Source of the DNA: a virus
Taxonomy: Duplodnaviria > Caudoviricetes
IMG/VR virus record: IMGVR_UViG_3300035507_000332
Reading direction: 5' to 3' (one strand)
DNA length: 64,000 nucleotides
Shown here: positions 1 to 10,158 of the stretch, in pieces
Position numbering within the stretch: the first letter of the stretch is position 1
Layout of the letters: every line of letters starts with the position of its first letter
Translations under genes and position numbers: made by a program
Notes under the pieces: model-generated
Told to the model about the DNA's origin: nothing
The model's input: only the letters and a program-made list of their open reading frames with translations
Databases searched by the model: none

Positions 1-2
1 AA

Positions 3-578
3 ACTTGCTATTGGAGTACTTCTGGAGAGGCTCAAGAGGATACCTATGAAGTAGATGGTATTACGTATTATGGGGTAAAATTCTCAAGCATTGATATTCC
101 CTACTACAAAGATTCTAAAACAGGGTGGAAGGTCTATGCTATCGAGCAGGATGATACAATCTTGCCAAGGAGTTTCCCTGTTTGCGTTTCCAACGGAATC
201 ATTACTGTAAAGCATGTTTACAACAACAGTAACCACAGGTACACGAAAGACTATAACGACAAAAAGAAAGAAATGCTTCAAAACGGTTCTGCAATAGATG
301 AGATCGTGAAACTTACTTATAGCTATCCAGATTTGCCTCCGAGCGAGCCAGAGCATACACGGAATCTTCTTATTGTAGGTGAGTGGTTTGGGCTGTTTTC
401 TACAAACGAATCAAAAGAGTGCAATATCACGTACAACAAGAGAAAATACGGCGTTACAAGACCGATTGTTACAGATTGCTTCTTTAACGCCAACCGAGTT
501 GGTATGTACATGGAACTTGAGCCTTACTGGACGTTTGATAACCCTGTTAAGGTGAAGGGATTCCGCAAGACTTACTAA
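3..578 (+). CDS. hypothetical protein, 5'-truncated by window edge
   Basis: Frame of ORF 162..578 is open back to base 3; followed by a terminator. Confidence 0.75.
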   Translation, partial: TCYWSTSGEAQEDTYEVDGITYYGVKFSSIDIPYYKDSKTGWKVYAIEQDDTILPRSFPVCVSNGIITVKHVYNNSNHRYTKDYNDKKKEMLQNGSAIDEIVKLTYSYPDLPPSEPEHTRNLLIVGEWFGLFSTNESKECNITYNKRKYGVTRPIVTDCFFNANRVGMYMELEPYWTFDNPVKVKGFRKTY

Positions 579-580
579 CA

Positions 581-622
581 AAGAAAAACCGCTAGGTTGC
601 CCTAGCGGTTTTTTCTTTTTCT
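581..622. terminator. bidirectional intrinsic terminator
   Basis: AAAAACCGCTAGG-ttgc-CCTAGCGGTTTTT between convergent genes. Confidence 0.85.
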
Positions 623-1981
623 TTGGTTATTCCTCATAGAGAGGCAGACGCCACCACAATCCCAGATTCTGTTCATCTTAGCTCTTGAAGATCGGCGGAG
701 GCGTTTGTTAGCGAACGCTTGAGAATACCGCTTATTGTCGATGGTATAGAAGAATTCAGGGTGAGACGGAGGCTTCATCGAAAAGCCAGCAGAGGCAAGC
801 TCTTTACCATTATCCCACCGACGATTCAAGCGAGCATAGACATCACCCTTGTAGCGACGGAAGAATTCATCCATGATAACCTTCCAGCAATCTTTGATAT
901 CAAAGTTAGGCAAATGACAATACCGCTCTAAAATCCATTCTGAGGGCACAGATTGCGTCTTCTCGTGCTTAGAGAACGTCATTAGGGCAATTAGTCTATC
1001 TCCGTCATAAAGGCCCATTCTGACGTAACTAGGAGACGGTCCTTCGAGATGATACCGCTTTAGGAATTTTTTAGCATCGGCAGTGAGGACAAGTTTGACA
1101 GTACAGAGGTTCGCATCAATGACATGTTCGTTACGTCCGAGAACGTCCTTCAGCATAGCAGTGACGATAGAACGTTTATTACGCCACTCATCCTCGAAGA
1201 TATGGATAAGGCGAACTCCGTGGGATTCAGCATCCTTCGTTTTAGAAACGTGGTAAAACTTATCCTTGCCACGTTCTTCGGTATGCCAGTAGAGACCGTC
1301 ACATTCAATGCCAAGCTTCTTATTGGGGATGTAGATATCGATTTCTCTATCACCAAGAATTCTCTTAGTATTGGGGACAATGGTAAAGTCCAACGTAGCG
1401 ATATACTCAATGACTTCCTTCTCAAATTGAGAATTGGTAGAGCTATGGCACTTAGGGCAAGTAAGGAATTTGTCTAATTGGGTAGACAGCACCGAGAACG
1501 TTTCATCACAAGAGAGGCAGTGGATTTTGAATTTCTCACGGCAAGCCTTGCCCTTGTACTCCTCCTTCGTAAAAAGAGGCTCTAAACCATTAGCGTGAAG
1601 TCTTTCAGCCAAACGGTTATAACTATTAGCCAGAGCAGCAGGACGCCTTTTCCCACGGTAGATTTCAGACTTGCGCCAACAAGCTTTGCAACAGTAGTCG
1701 CTTGTTGTTTTTACCACCTTCGAGTAAGGAATGAAATTTCCACAGGTGAGGCATCTTCTCAACTCAATACCCTTGATACAGCTATGAAACCACTTAAACG
1801 GCGATTCATAAGCTTTATTGCTATAGAACTTAGACCTACAAAATTTCCTAAGTCTCTTATCTCTTTTAAAGCACTCTCGGAGTTCAGCTAATGATAGACC
1901 AGCATAATATTCTTTGAGGCTTTCTACAGTGAGGTTTTTATCTTCGGGGAAGAGAGGTCTGGGGTTCCAGCGGTTGGACAT
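602..1981 (-). CDS. Hef-like homing endonuclease (Zn ribbons + DUF559/Vsr-like PD-(D/E)xK nuclease + C-terminal domain)
   Basis: Several CxxC pairs; EIDIYIPNKKLGIECDGLYWH...RLIHIFEDEW motif. Confidence 0.8.
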   Translation of the reverse strand: MSNRWNPRPLFPEDKNLTVESLKEYYAGLSLAELRECFKRDKRLRKFCRSKFYSNKAYESPFKWFHSCIKGIELRRCLTCGNFIPYSKVVKTTSDYCCKACWRKSEIYRGKRRPAALANSYNRLAERLHANGLEPLFTKEEYKGKACREKFKIHCLSCDETFSVLSTQLDKFLTCPKCHSSTNSQFEKEVIEYIATLDFTIVPNTKRILGDREIDIYIPNKKLGIECDGLYWHTEERGKDKFYHVSKTKDAESHGVRLIHIFEDEWRNKRSIVTAMLKDVLGRNEHVIDANLCTVKLVLTADAKKFLKRYHLEGPSPSYVRMGLYDGDRLIALMTFSKHEKTQSVPSEWILERYCHLPNFDIKDCWKVIMDEFFRRYKGDVYARLNRRWDNGKELASAGFSMKPPSHPEFFYTIDNKRYSQAFANKRLRRSSRAKMNRIWDCGGVCLSMRNNQRKRKNR

Positions 1982-1984
1982 AAA

Positions 1985-2692
1985 TTAGTTTTTGGAATCT
2001 TCTTTAGCTTCTTGAAGAGCGGAGAGTTTTTCCACAGAGAGGATTCTGTAAATTTTACTTGGTACTTTAGTCATAGCATCAACATCTTCAGAAGACAAGA
2101 TAGTTTTGCGAAGATAATGAATACAAATGAAACCTATAGTAATTCCTTCTTCCGAATTTATAGGTAGAGTGTAAACAGTTTCAGTACCACTGTTAGCAAG
2201 TATTTGAGTGAGATAGGGGTCGTATTCTTCGCTATCAATATCCGATTGAAAAATGTAAGGTTCGGTAGGAGAGCCAACCTTCCAACGACGGAAAATGACA
2301 TAGGGAAGATTTAAAAACCAAGGGGAAACACTACAAACGCCTTGGTCTAACGATTCAAAAGCGCAGGATACTTTTAACAGGTGGTTGCCATTCGCAAAAA
2401 CCTCCCCATTATGGTAAAGAAAAACAAGCACCCTATCTGCGCTAAAGCGTTGTCTTGTATCTGCAAGGAAAGTTTGGATGATTCTATTTTTGCTTATTGT
2501 ATCTCCAACAGTTTTTTGGCTTTTTTTAACACAATTTTCATTGACAGGTTCTTGTTTTTTATCCACTCTTTTCAAGAAGTGATAACCTGTTCCACCGACG
2601 CAAGCGGCAGCGATATAGCCAACAAGATTGGTTATCGAGATAATCGAGTCGTGAACGTTGGAGTCCGCCAGTAAATCTATAAATTCTAACAT
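1985..2692 (-). CDS. putative holin (single N-terminal TM + GAF-like domain, T4 gpT-like architecture)
   Basis: Hydrophobic ISITNLVGYIAAACVGG; ADRVLVFLYHNG and LPI..EG.TIGFICIHY GAF-like strands. Confidence 0.6.
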   Translation of the reverse strand: MLEFIDLLADSNVHDSIISITNLVGYIAAACVGGTGYHFLKRVDKKQEPVNENCVKKSQKTVGDTISKNRIIQTFLADTRQRFSADRVLVFLYHNGEVFANGNHLLKVSCAFESLDQGVCSVSPWFLNLPYVIFRRWKVGSPTEPYIFQSDIDSEEYDPYLTQILANSGTETVYTLPINSEEGITIGFICIHYLRKTILSSEDVDAMTKVPSKIYRILSVEKLSALQEAKEDSKN

Positions 2693-2722
2693 TTTATAAC
2701 CTCACCGCATAAAGATTTAACA

Positions 2723-3520
2723 ATGGGGACAGTTTTTTCTATTATTTACACCGAGGATGAACGGTTACCGTGGTTCTCGGCAGAATCTTTTAGAACAAAG
2801 GTAGAAAAGCACGTCAGAGAAGTGTATCCAGGTAGAGACGTAGAATTTGAAGTGCTACCTAAAAGCAAAGGTACACAAGAATCATTCAATGCTCTGAAAT
2901 TCCGCCACACAAACAAACAAGGCGTGGCTCTCATAGATACGGATTTTCGCTTTGTGACGTTCGATGGTTGGGCATTGTGCATTGAGAAATTCATGCAAGG
3001 CTTTTCAGTAGACCTACCATTCTTCAAGGCGGTACAACAGAACAGCAAAGCAAAAGCATTCCTAGACGACCAGTTCGACTGCTTAGAAAAGAGCGTGGAC
3101 TTCTCCTTACTCAAAGACGAGTCATTGGAAATGCTACGCAAGCGAGGGAATGCCGAAGGCAAGTTGTACATTTACGAATTTTTCTTCACGTGGGAATACC
3201 CCTACTACAGAAAAGTTAGGTCTACAGAAATTATTGCCAAGGGATATACGGAAGTCCGTAGAATCTACTGGATGGAAAATCCACGGATGAGAGAAATCTT
3301 GACTAACGAACTCAAGAAAGAGTTGGCAGAGTTCGCCTTGGCAGATGCACGAGAGTCTACAGATACAACAAACTTCAAGACTCTCATCATATTCAGAAGC
3401 CTAGGGGCAGACGCTCAAGAGGTAGAGATCGACTTGAGCAACAGAGGTTCTCTCATTTGCCGAGAAGCATGGGGAGAAGCGGTATTTGGTTCAGAAGACT
3501 ATGTTTTGAAGAATTTATGA
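2723..3520 (+). CDS. hypothetical protein
   Basis: 265 aa, first of ATGA/GTGA-coupled operon. Confidence 0.75.
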   Translation: MGTVFSIIYTEDERLPWFSAESFRTKVEKHVREVYPGRDVEFEVLPKSKGTQESFNALKFRHTNKQGVALIDTDFRFVTFDGWALCIEKFMQGFSVDLPFFKAVQQNSKAKAFLDDQFDCLEKSVDFSLLKDESLEMLRKRGNAEGKLYIYEFFFTWEYPYYRKVRSTEIIAKGYTEVRRIYWMENPRMREILTNELKKELAEFALADARESTDTTNFKTLIIFRSLGADAQEVEIDLSNRGSLICREAWGEAVFGSEDYVLKNL

Positions 3521-3969
3521 AGATAGACTTGGTTTGCGTATTTGTTCCTAAGCATAGTCCGTATTTTGCAGACGATGCAAAGCTAAAAGAATTTCGGGTA
3601 TGGCTACAGAGATATCACCCTGAAGCCGACATCATATACATGTGCGGAGATTGGAACAGAAGTCAGCAGATAAACGAATTCATCGACTGCGAATTCACCC
3701 CAGAAAAGAAGGACAGCTTCCTTGCTAACGTCATCCGCAACACCCTCTACGAAATCCACAGGAGAGGTATAGACAACGTAAGGCACGTTTATTTGCTCTT
3801 AGATGTAAAACCATTCTACGAGAAAGAGTTGATTACAGACCTAAAGGTAGAAGTAGACGACCACGTGCTATACGGAGAAGTCCTAGACGTAGATGTTCTA
3901 CTAAGCATGACGCTTGGGCGTGAGCCAGAGAAGCATGTAAATTTCAAAGCAAAATCATTCAAGCTGTGA
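3517..3969 (+). CDS. hypothetical protein
   Basis: Start moved to ATG 3517 (ATGA overlap). Confidence 0.75.
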   Translation: MKIDLVCVFVPKHSPYFADDAKLKEFRVWLQRYHPEADIIYMCGDWNRSQQINEFIDCEFTPEKKDSFLANVIRNTLYEIHRRGIDNVRHVYLLLDVKPFYEKELITDLKVEVDDHVLYGEVLDVDVLLSMTLGREPEKHVNFKAKSFKL

Positions 3970-4541
3970 TTCTTCAACTGATTGACGATGGCAAAGCCAC
4001 GAGGCAACAAATCGAGGATGCGCTTAAAGCGATTGAGGCAAAGATAGACGACATACAGAGATTCTACTTTGCCTTTGAGGACAGCGGATTTAACTTCAGC
4101 GATGGCGGAGTCTACTACCGATTCCACGACTACATCAGAATTCCCAACGATATTGACGAGATAAAATTCTCACTCAACAAAAAGAATTTCGAGCGGAATT
4201 TTGACGTATTCTTTTCATTCTTCGGCAAGACAAACCAAGATATCGAAGCTACGTACGACAACGAAAGTTGCCTAAACGGCGTCATCTTAGAGTTGTTTTT
4301 GAAAGCGTGGGATGAGAAGATGTACCCACTAGAGCCACTGTACCTACCAACGTCAGAGACTCTTCATATTATCAGAGAAGGAGAAGATTCTTTCTTTCAG
4401 CTTGAAAAAGCAAAGTTGACTCCACCTAATGGGGTTATTTCCTTACCAGAAGGACCGAACGCATGTGTAGGCGAGAGAATGACTTACATCTATTGGCGTG
4501 ATACCGTCTGGAAGGTAGAAACAAATAGAATATTTTTATGA
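3966..4541 (+). CDS. hypothetical protein
   Basis: 191 aa, 4-nt overlaps both sides. Confidence 0.75.
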   Translation: MILQLIDDGKATRQQIEDALKAIEAKIDDIQRFYFAFEDSGFNFSDGGVYYRFHDYIRIPNDIDEIKFSLNKKNFERNFDVFFSFFGKTNQDIEATYDNESCLNGVILELFLKAWDEKMYPLEPLYLPTSETLHIIREGEDSFFQLEKAKLTPPNGVISLPEGPNACVGERMTYIYWRDTVWKVETNRIFL

Positions 4542-5257
4542 ATGGGCGTTTTAAAAAGATGTGTCCAAAAGTCTACGTAGTCTCATTGCCTACAGACATC
4601 AGGAGACGTGCGCACACAGAGGACATACTCAAACCTTACGCTATTGAGCCAGAATTTATCGACGGCGTAATTGTCGAAGATATAGGCGAGGATATGTTCA
4701 AGCACCCAGGGTTCTACAAAGATATTGGGGATGCTACAGAGGAAGAAGTTCTCACGTACAGAAAGAGAATTTGTGGGGTGACTCAGGCGCATTTGCACGC
4801 ACTAAAGAAAGGCATAGAAAATGCGGAAGAAGAGAACTCTCTGATATTCCTCATTCTGGAAGACGACATCGAACTTTGCGAAGACTTCGACGAAGCAGTT
4901 ATCAACCTTTACGACAAGCTCGAATCCGACAACAGAAATTGGATAGCGTGCAACCTACAGGTGCGCATGTATAGCTCAATGGCAGGCAAAAACAAGAAAG
5001 ACCAGATAGCCAACGATACCTACTACAAAGGCACGACATGGGGACACCAAGGCTACATGTACAATTGCCGTGAATTGCCTAGGCTCAAGGACTTTTACCA
5101 CGTCCTCAAGTACGGATGCCAAGAAGAAATTGACAACTTCTACACACGCTTAGTCAATCACTTCAACCTTTATGGGTCTATTATTCCGATTGTTGCCCAG
5201 AAGGACGACTTCGTATCCAACATTTCCACTAGAAACGACTACATCAACAACATATGA
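4538..5257 (+). CDS. glycosyltransferase family 25
   Basis: VYVVSLP..RR, FIDGV, GVTQAH, LILEDD, GHQGY motifs. Confidence 0.85.
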   Translation: MNGRFKKMCPKVYVVSLPTDIRRRAHTEDILKPYAIEPEFIDGVIVEDIGEDMFKHPGFYKDIGDATEEEVLTYRKRICGVTQAHLHALKKGIENAEEENSLIFLILEDDIELCEDFDEAVINLYDKLESDNRNWIACNLQVRMYSSMAGKNKKDQIANDTYYKGTTWGHQGYMYNCRELPRLKDFYHVLKYGCQEEIDNFYTRLVNHFNLYGSIIPIVAQKDDFVSNISTRNDYINNI

Positions 5258-5568
5258 CCCCTATCTACGGCAAACCAGATTTTGAGAAAATTGTTGAACG
5301 AGGCAAGGGAATTATTGTCGTCAAATTTTGGCGAGAGAATTGTCCGCCATGCCAGAGAGTATCACAGCTCCTTCACGATTGGGAAGACCTGGAAGAAGTA
5401 CCTGCGACCTACTATTCAGTGAATCCAAAGGACAGAGGCAATTGGAACATCTGTAGGAAGTACAAGGTACAATTCTTCCCCACTGTATTGACATTCAAAG
5501 ACGGAGTCCTTATAAATACATGCGAAGGCTCATTACCAAGTAAAAAAATGGTTTTGGGGCTGGATTAA
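5254..5568 (+). CDS. thioredoxin
   Basis: VVKFWRENCPPC; FPTVLTFKDG cis-Pro motif. Confidence 0.9.
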   Translation: MTPIYGKPDFEKIVERGKGIIVVKFWRENCPPCQRVSQLLHDWEDLEEVPATYYSVNPKDRGNWNICRKYKVQFFPTVLTFKDGVLINTCEGSLPSKKMVLGLD

Positions 5569-5592
5569 GTGTAATTATAAATTCATTATCCG

Positions 5593-6105
5593 ATGGCAAC
5601 CAAGCACATAACATTACTCGAAGCATTAGTGGCGATAAAGCGGCTTCACTCAATGAGATTTGAATTGCGCAAGAAGCTAGAGCGACTAAACGTCCACGCA
5701 CCTAAAAATTCTTCTTTAGTATCTTCCATATTCTCCAAGTACATCTTGGTGAGCAGAGCGATGCCCGATCTTCAAGGAAAGATTTGGGACGCCAACCACG
5801 GAACGAACACAATCCTAGCTCACATCAAGCACGCAAAGGAAGAGATCGACTTTTACAACAAGTTGATGGAAGAAAATTCTCAAGAAGAACAATCAACGGT
5901 TAATGGCAAACAGGGTAAGTTACAGTGCTTGCTAACCTTCTCTGAAATTGAAGTGGTTATAGAAAATTTGCAAGCTAAAGTTTTCGAGTGGGAAAACAAG
6001 TTAGCTCAGCACAATTTTGAGCAAACCATTGAAGTAGAAGAAGAGTATCTGAGTCTCATTGGTCCGTACAGCCAAGCGACAAAGCAATACTCAACGGATA
6101 ACTAA
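5593..6105 (+). CDS. coiled-coil hypothetical protein
   Basis: 170 aa helical ORF behind GTGTAA motif. Confidence 0.75.
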   Translation: MATKHITLLEALVAIKRLHSMRFELRKKLERLNVHAPKNSSLVSSIFSKYILVSRAMPDLQGKIWDANHGTNTILAHIKHAKEEIDFYNKLMEENSQEEQSTVNGKQGKLQCLLTFSEIEVVIENLQAKVFEWENKLAQHNFEQTIEVEEEYLSLIGPYSQATKQYSTDN

Positions 6106-6196
6106 GGCGGAGACATCCCCCATTTTTAGAAAAACAACTACAAAGAAAAAGAATTTTCACTAACAACTTTTATAGGGGAAATTTCTTGTAACGCCT

Positions 6197-6238
6197 TGAG
6201 CCTGTGGTTTAGCTAACTGCAGGCTCATTTTTTTATTT
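6197..6238 (+). terminator. intrinsic terminator
   Basis: TGAGCCTGTGGTT...AACTGCAGGCTCA + T-tract. Confidence 0.75.
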
Positions 6239-6328
6239 CACAAAGATTAAAATTTTCCTTGCCTAAAGTGTAAATTTATGTTGCAGACTTCAACAGTCTG
6301 CCAACAACAAACACACGAGGAAAAGAAA

Positions 6329-7150
6329 ATGTACAACATGTTTGGGGGAGGAAGTCCCTATGTGGCAACTATGCCGATGGAGCCAGCAGGCACAGCAAAG
6401 TCAGACAACTCTTGGGGAGCAAACAATCCGTTTGTGTACCTGATTTGGATGTGGGCATTTGCGATGTTCGGTGGTGGCTGGGGTAATGGCTTTGGACGCA
6501 ACGGAAGCGGTTTAGGCCAAGGTTTAGGAATGGCAGAAGGGTTTACCGCTTCACAGGTAGACGACATCCGCACGAAGGTAGGGGAGATAGCCTCCTCGAT
6601 TGAATGTGGCAATAGTGGTCTAATGTCAGCAGCAAACCAGATTGCCGACCAAGCTCGACTTAACGGAATGCAAATTTCCGACGTCAAGTCGTCATTGCTC
6701 AACGCTTGTTGCGAATTGCAACACAATCTTTCCACTCAAGGATTGCAGTTTGCAAACCAGATGCAACAGTGTTGTTGCGCACTTGAAAACAAGATCGGTG
6801 AAGTAGGTTGTGGAATGGAAAAGGGTCTGTTGAATCAAACGATTCAGCTCAACAACAACCATTCTAACACAATGCAAGCTTTCGCCAACATCTCTGCTCA
6901 AATTGATAGACAGACATGTGCGATCAGCGATGGCTTGTGTACGACACAGCGATTGATTTCAGCAGAAGCACAGACGACACGCCAACTAGTTCAAGACTTG
7001 CACATGCAAGATATTCTTGCGCTTAAGGATGCCGAGATTGCAGCATTGCGAGACAAGGTCCAACTAACTCAAAGCGAAAATATTGCGACCGTCGCTTCAA
7101 TGACGGCGGCAGACAAGATTATTGCAGCGTTGAAGACAACCTCTGCGTGA
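6329..7150 (+). CDS. Gly-rich / coiled-coil phage protein with hydrophobic segment and QQCCC motif
   Basis: GGGWGNGFG and ANQMQQCCC typical of a gut-phage family; ATG 6329 follows GAGG (6278 is the alternative). Confidence 0.75.
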   Translation: MYNMFGGGSPYVATMPMEPAGTAKSDNSWGANNPFVYLIWMWAFAMFGGGWGNGFGRNGSGLGQGLGMAEGFTASQVDDIRTKVGEIASSIECGNSGLMSAANQIADQARLNGMQISDVKSSLLNACCELQHNLSTQGLQFANQMQQCCCALENKIGEVGCGMEKGLLNQTIQLNNNHSNTMQAFANISAQIDRQTCAISDGLCTTQRLISAEAQTTRQLVQDLHMQDILALKDAEIAALRDKVQLTQSENIATVASMTAADKIIAALKTTSA

Positions 7151-7187
7151 GAAGAAATAGAACTACCTAACCAAGAAGGAGGTTCAA

Positions 7188-7763
7188 ATGTTCCCGACAG
7201 GAGGATTCAACCCGATGCAGATGGCAGGCTTGAGCGGATTACCAAATCCGTTTGCAAGCGGAGGGTACAGCAACGAACATCAGCTTCAGCACCACAACAA
7301 GGAAATGATGAAGTGGTTCGAGAAGTGCCTAGTAACAATAGTGGAAGAAGGCGAAGGCGAATTCCTGGAAGCTCTGAACAAAAAGATAGGGCAGATGGAA
7401 GAAGCCGAGCAATCATGGATGAGACGACACGCTAGAGAAGTCTACGAAGTCGATTACCCAGACCACCACAAGAAGCACCACAAAAAGAAGCACTACTACG
7501 AGGAGGAAGACGAGGACGAAGACATCAGTCAATTTTGGCTCGAGCTAGAAGAGCTAGAAACAAAGTCCAAGAAAATTCCAGGGTTCAACATTCGTGCGCA
7601 CCTAAAGAATGAGTACAGCAATTTGAACGACGAGGAGTTACGAGTAGTCACGCACCTTTTTGACAAGGGTGGGTTACATAAGCTTGCGAAGGAAGCAGGT
7701 ATGTCCACTAGAGAATTCTTAGAGATTATCTCCGAGGCAGCAGAAAAAATCGACTGCGATTAG
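7188..7763 (+). CDS. hypothetical protein with His/Lys and acidic tracts
   Basis: AAGGAGG SD; HHKKHHKKKHYYEEEDEDED. Confidence 0.8.
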   Translation: MFPTGGFNPMQMAGLSGLPNPFASGGYSNEHQLQHHNKEMMKWFEKCLVTIVEEGEGEFLEALNKKIGQMEEAEQSWMRRHAREVYEVDYPDHHKKHHKKKHYYEEEDEDEDISQFWLELEELETKSKKIPGFNIRAHLKNEYSNLNDEELRVVTHLFDKGGLHKLAKEAGMSTREFLEIISEAAEKIDCD

Positions 7764-7767
7764 TCAC

Positions 7768-7813
7768 AAAAAAAAGGAGTCATCTTTGCGGATGACTCCT
7801 TTAATTATTTTTT
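7768..7813. terminator. bidirectional terminator
   Basis: AAAGGAGTCATC-tttgcg-GATGACTCCTTT between convergent genes. Confidence 0.85.
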
Positions 7814-7824
7814 AGAATTGATGA

Positions 7825-9081
7825 TTAGATATCTTCGTCGTCACCATCAACCGTAGCGGCGGCAGTATTAGTAGCCTTAGCTTCGATTTCAGAGTAACAG
7901 AACACACCGTTTTCAGTATCGGTACGGCTACCGATCTGAGTTTCAAGCGTAAGAGAAGCCGTGGTGTTCTGACCGATAGAAGAGTTAAAGGACTGTTCAG
8001 AGATGGTGCAGTTCTTAACCTTGTATTCGAGAGCGACCTTGGTCTTGTCCTTTGGATTCTTCACGGAGATGATAACATCAACCTTGGGGTTCTCTTCCAA
8101 GATTTCAGAGAGAGACGTGCCAGAGTTGATGCCGTTCATGATAGCTTCGATCTGAACAGAAACCGTCAGAGGGAAGGTAATAGAACGAGCGTAGAAGAAA
8201 CGAGTACCAAGCTTTTGCAAACCTTCACGAGACATAGGAATCGAGATGTTTGCGCTCTGGATGTACGAGCCAGTATCCTTCAGCTGAGCGAAGTCGATAA
8301 GGGTAGCTTCTTGTTCATCGGTCGTGCCGTGCTTCAAAAGCTTAACCGTAACGTCGCCAGGACGAAGGGCAGAAATTTCAGGGCTTTCCGTATCATAGTA
8401 CTTTTGGAAAGTGTTAAGCTGAATTTCCGTAGTGTTAGGTTCGCCAGTAGCCAAGTCAACGTCAGGCATGGTGGTCTTGACTTCGACTTCGTCGTCGCCA
8501 GCTTCGATAAGAACGGCGTTGGTATTAGAGCCTTCAAAAGAAACAGATGCGGTTGGGAATTCACCCACAGCAAAGTTCATAGAGAAGTCAGTAATGTTCA
8601 TACCACCGTAACCGAGGACAGCCACGTTACTAGTAGAGCCAGCAGCCAAGCTCCAAGGCTTAACGTCGGCAAACTTAAATTGGTTCGTATCTTCACCTTC
8701 TTCAGCGATAGCAGAGAAGATGTCGAGGCCAGTGGAAGTATCTTCCAAGTGGCCACCAAGGAAAGAGTCATTCTTGTCCCAAGTACCGTCTTCACCCTTA
8801 GTACCACGGTTTACAACGAAGTTAAGAGCTTCTTCGTTAAAACCTTCAGAGAGGTAGTATTCAGTAGAAGCGGAGACCGTAGGAGCTTCCAAGTTAATAC
8901 GGTCGATAGCAGCGAGCTGACCGAATTCGTTAATATCTTGGAAGGAAATGCTGTTCGTCGATTGGAAAGACTGAACACGATAGAGCTGTTGAAGAGCTTC
9001 TTCTGGATTTTCTGCGGAAGCAGGAACAACCTGAAGCCCGATGCTCTGATAAATCAAACGATTACGCTTGTGTTTTGCCAT
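7825..9081 (-). CDS. major tail (tube-like) protein
   Basis: RNRLIYQS...LYRVQS...INEFGQLAAIDR..LEAPTVS pattern; two beta-rich halves; acidic. Confidence 0.65.
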   Translation of the reverse strand: MAKHKRNRLIYQSIGLQVVPASAENPEEALQQLYRVQSFQSTNSISFQDINEFGQLAAIDRINLEAPTVSASTEYYLSEGFNEEALNFVVNRGTKGEDGTWDKNDSFLGGHLEDTSTGLDIFSAIAEEGEDTNQFKFADVKPWSLAAGSTSNVAVLGYGGMNITDFSMNFAVGEFPTASVSFEGSNTNAVLIEAGDDEVEVKTTMPDVDLATGEPNTTEIQLNTFQKYYDTESPEISALRPGDVTVKLLKHGTTDEQEATLIDFAQLKDTGSYIQSANISIPMSREGLQKLGTRFFYARSITFPLTVSVQIEAIMNGINSGTSLSEILEENPKVDVIISVKNPKDKTKVALEYKVKNCTISEQSFNSSIGQNTTASLTLETQIGSRTDTENGVFCYSEIEAKATNTAAATVDGDDEDI

Positions 9082-9192
9082 GGCTTAGAAAAAAAGCAGG
9101 ATTGATTTGTGAGAAATTCCTCTTTCATGGTTTACACAAAATCCGCTATGATGTGTAATCCTCATATAGGAAACACACCTCAGACACCGCTC

Positions 9193-10158
9193 ATGTCAGA
9201 CAAAAAGATTGAAAATATCGGGATTGTCATCCCTGCTTACAAACGCCCCATTGAGACACGCCAAGCTATTTTTTCAGCACTTCACCAAAGCTATAAGTGC
9301 AAGGTATTTGTCTCAGTAAAGGGATACTCAGAAGACAGTTACAAGCGATTCTTCCTAGAAGAATTTGCCAAGGAAATTGAAGCAGGAGACTTAGTTCTTA
9401 GCTTCTCGACTAACAAAGGGCAAATTTCCAACACGCTCGACTGTATCCGAGATGCAGACATCAGCGATATTGACTACTTCGTAAAGATGGACAACGACGA
9501 CGTCTATCTTAAACAGTACGTGGCAAACGTTGTAGACTTCTTACAGTACGAAGCCGAAAGCGAATTCTACCCCGATGTAGTTGGTACGTTCTCTTGCAAT
9601 ATGGTTTACCGCAATGCACGTGGTGACTTTTTTGCACCTAAGCGAGAAGGCTACCTCCTTGGACCGACAATTTGTTTCTCAAAGAAGGTGGTAGACATTC
9701 TCTTCAAGGTTGAGCAAGGCGACTACAGCGACCTTGAAGAAATTGGTCTTGACATCACGCAGTTCAACAACATTTCCGACGACCGATTCGTCTTTGAACT
9801 TGGCAAGAAGCTTGGCGGAGCAGTTGACTATGGCAAAACCGACTACTTGTATATCAACGAAATCACACCTTCCTGTTGGCGAGGCTCTGACTATATTTCA
9901 GCAGCGAACAAATCCGCAACGCTCGAAGGTAGTTTTGGCTTAGAAGAAGAACAAGTATTGCACGTCTTCCACCCAGGTTGGAGCGGATACCTCATCATCC
10001 AAGGAGAACGATTCACAAGAGAAAACGGAGACCCAGGAGACGTCCTAGAATTCGACAGCGAAGGTATTTGGGTTAAGTGGGACAAATGGGGCAAGGAATA
10101 CTTCCGTCTCAACCCCAACAAAAACTACTATATCTACGAAGGCGAGTCTAAGTTGTGA
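9193..10158 (+). CDS. glycosyltransferase family 2 with C-terminal W-rich beta module
   Basis: IVIPAYKRP; KMDNDD (DxD); start moved to ATG 9193. Confidence 0.8.
   Translation: MSDKKIENIGIVIPAYKRPIETRQAIFSALHQSYKCKVFVSVKGYSEDSYKRFFLEEFAKEIEAGDLVLSFSTNKGQISNTLDCIRDADISDIDYFVKMDNDDVYLKQYVANVVDFLQYEAESEFYPDVVGTFSCNMVYRNARGDFFAPKREGYLLGPTICFSKKVVDILFKVEQGDYSDLEEIGLDITQFNNISDDRFVFELGKKLGGAVDYGKTDYLYINEITPSCWRGSDYISAANKSATLEGSFGLEEEQVLHVFHPGWSGYLIIQGERFTRENGDPGDVLEFDSEGIWVKWDKWGKEYFRLNPNKNYYIYEGESKL

Noticed and set aside
8215-9105. 296-aa + strand ORF
   Set aside because: Antisense shadow of the tail protein gene; no signals or motifs
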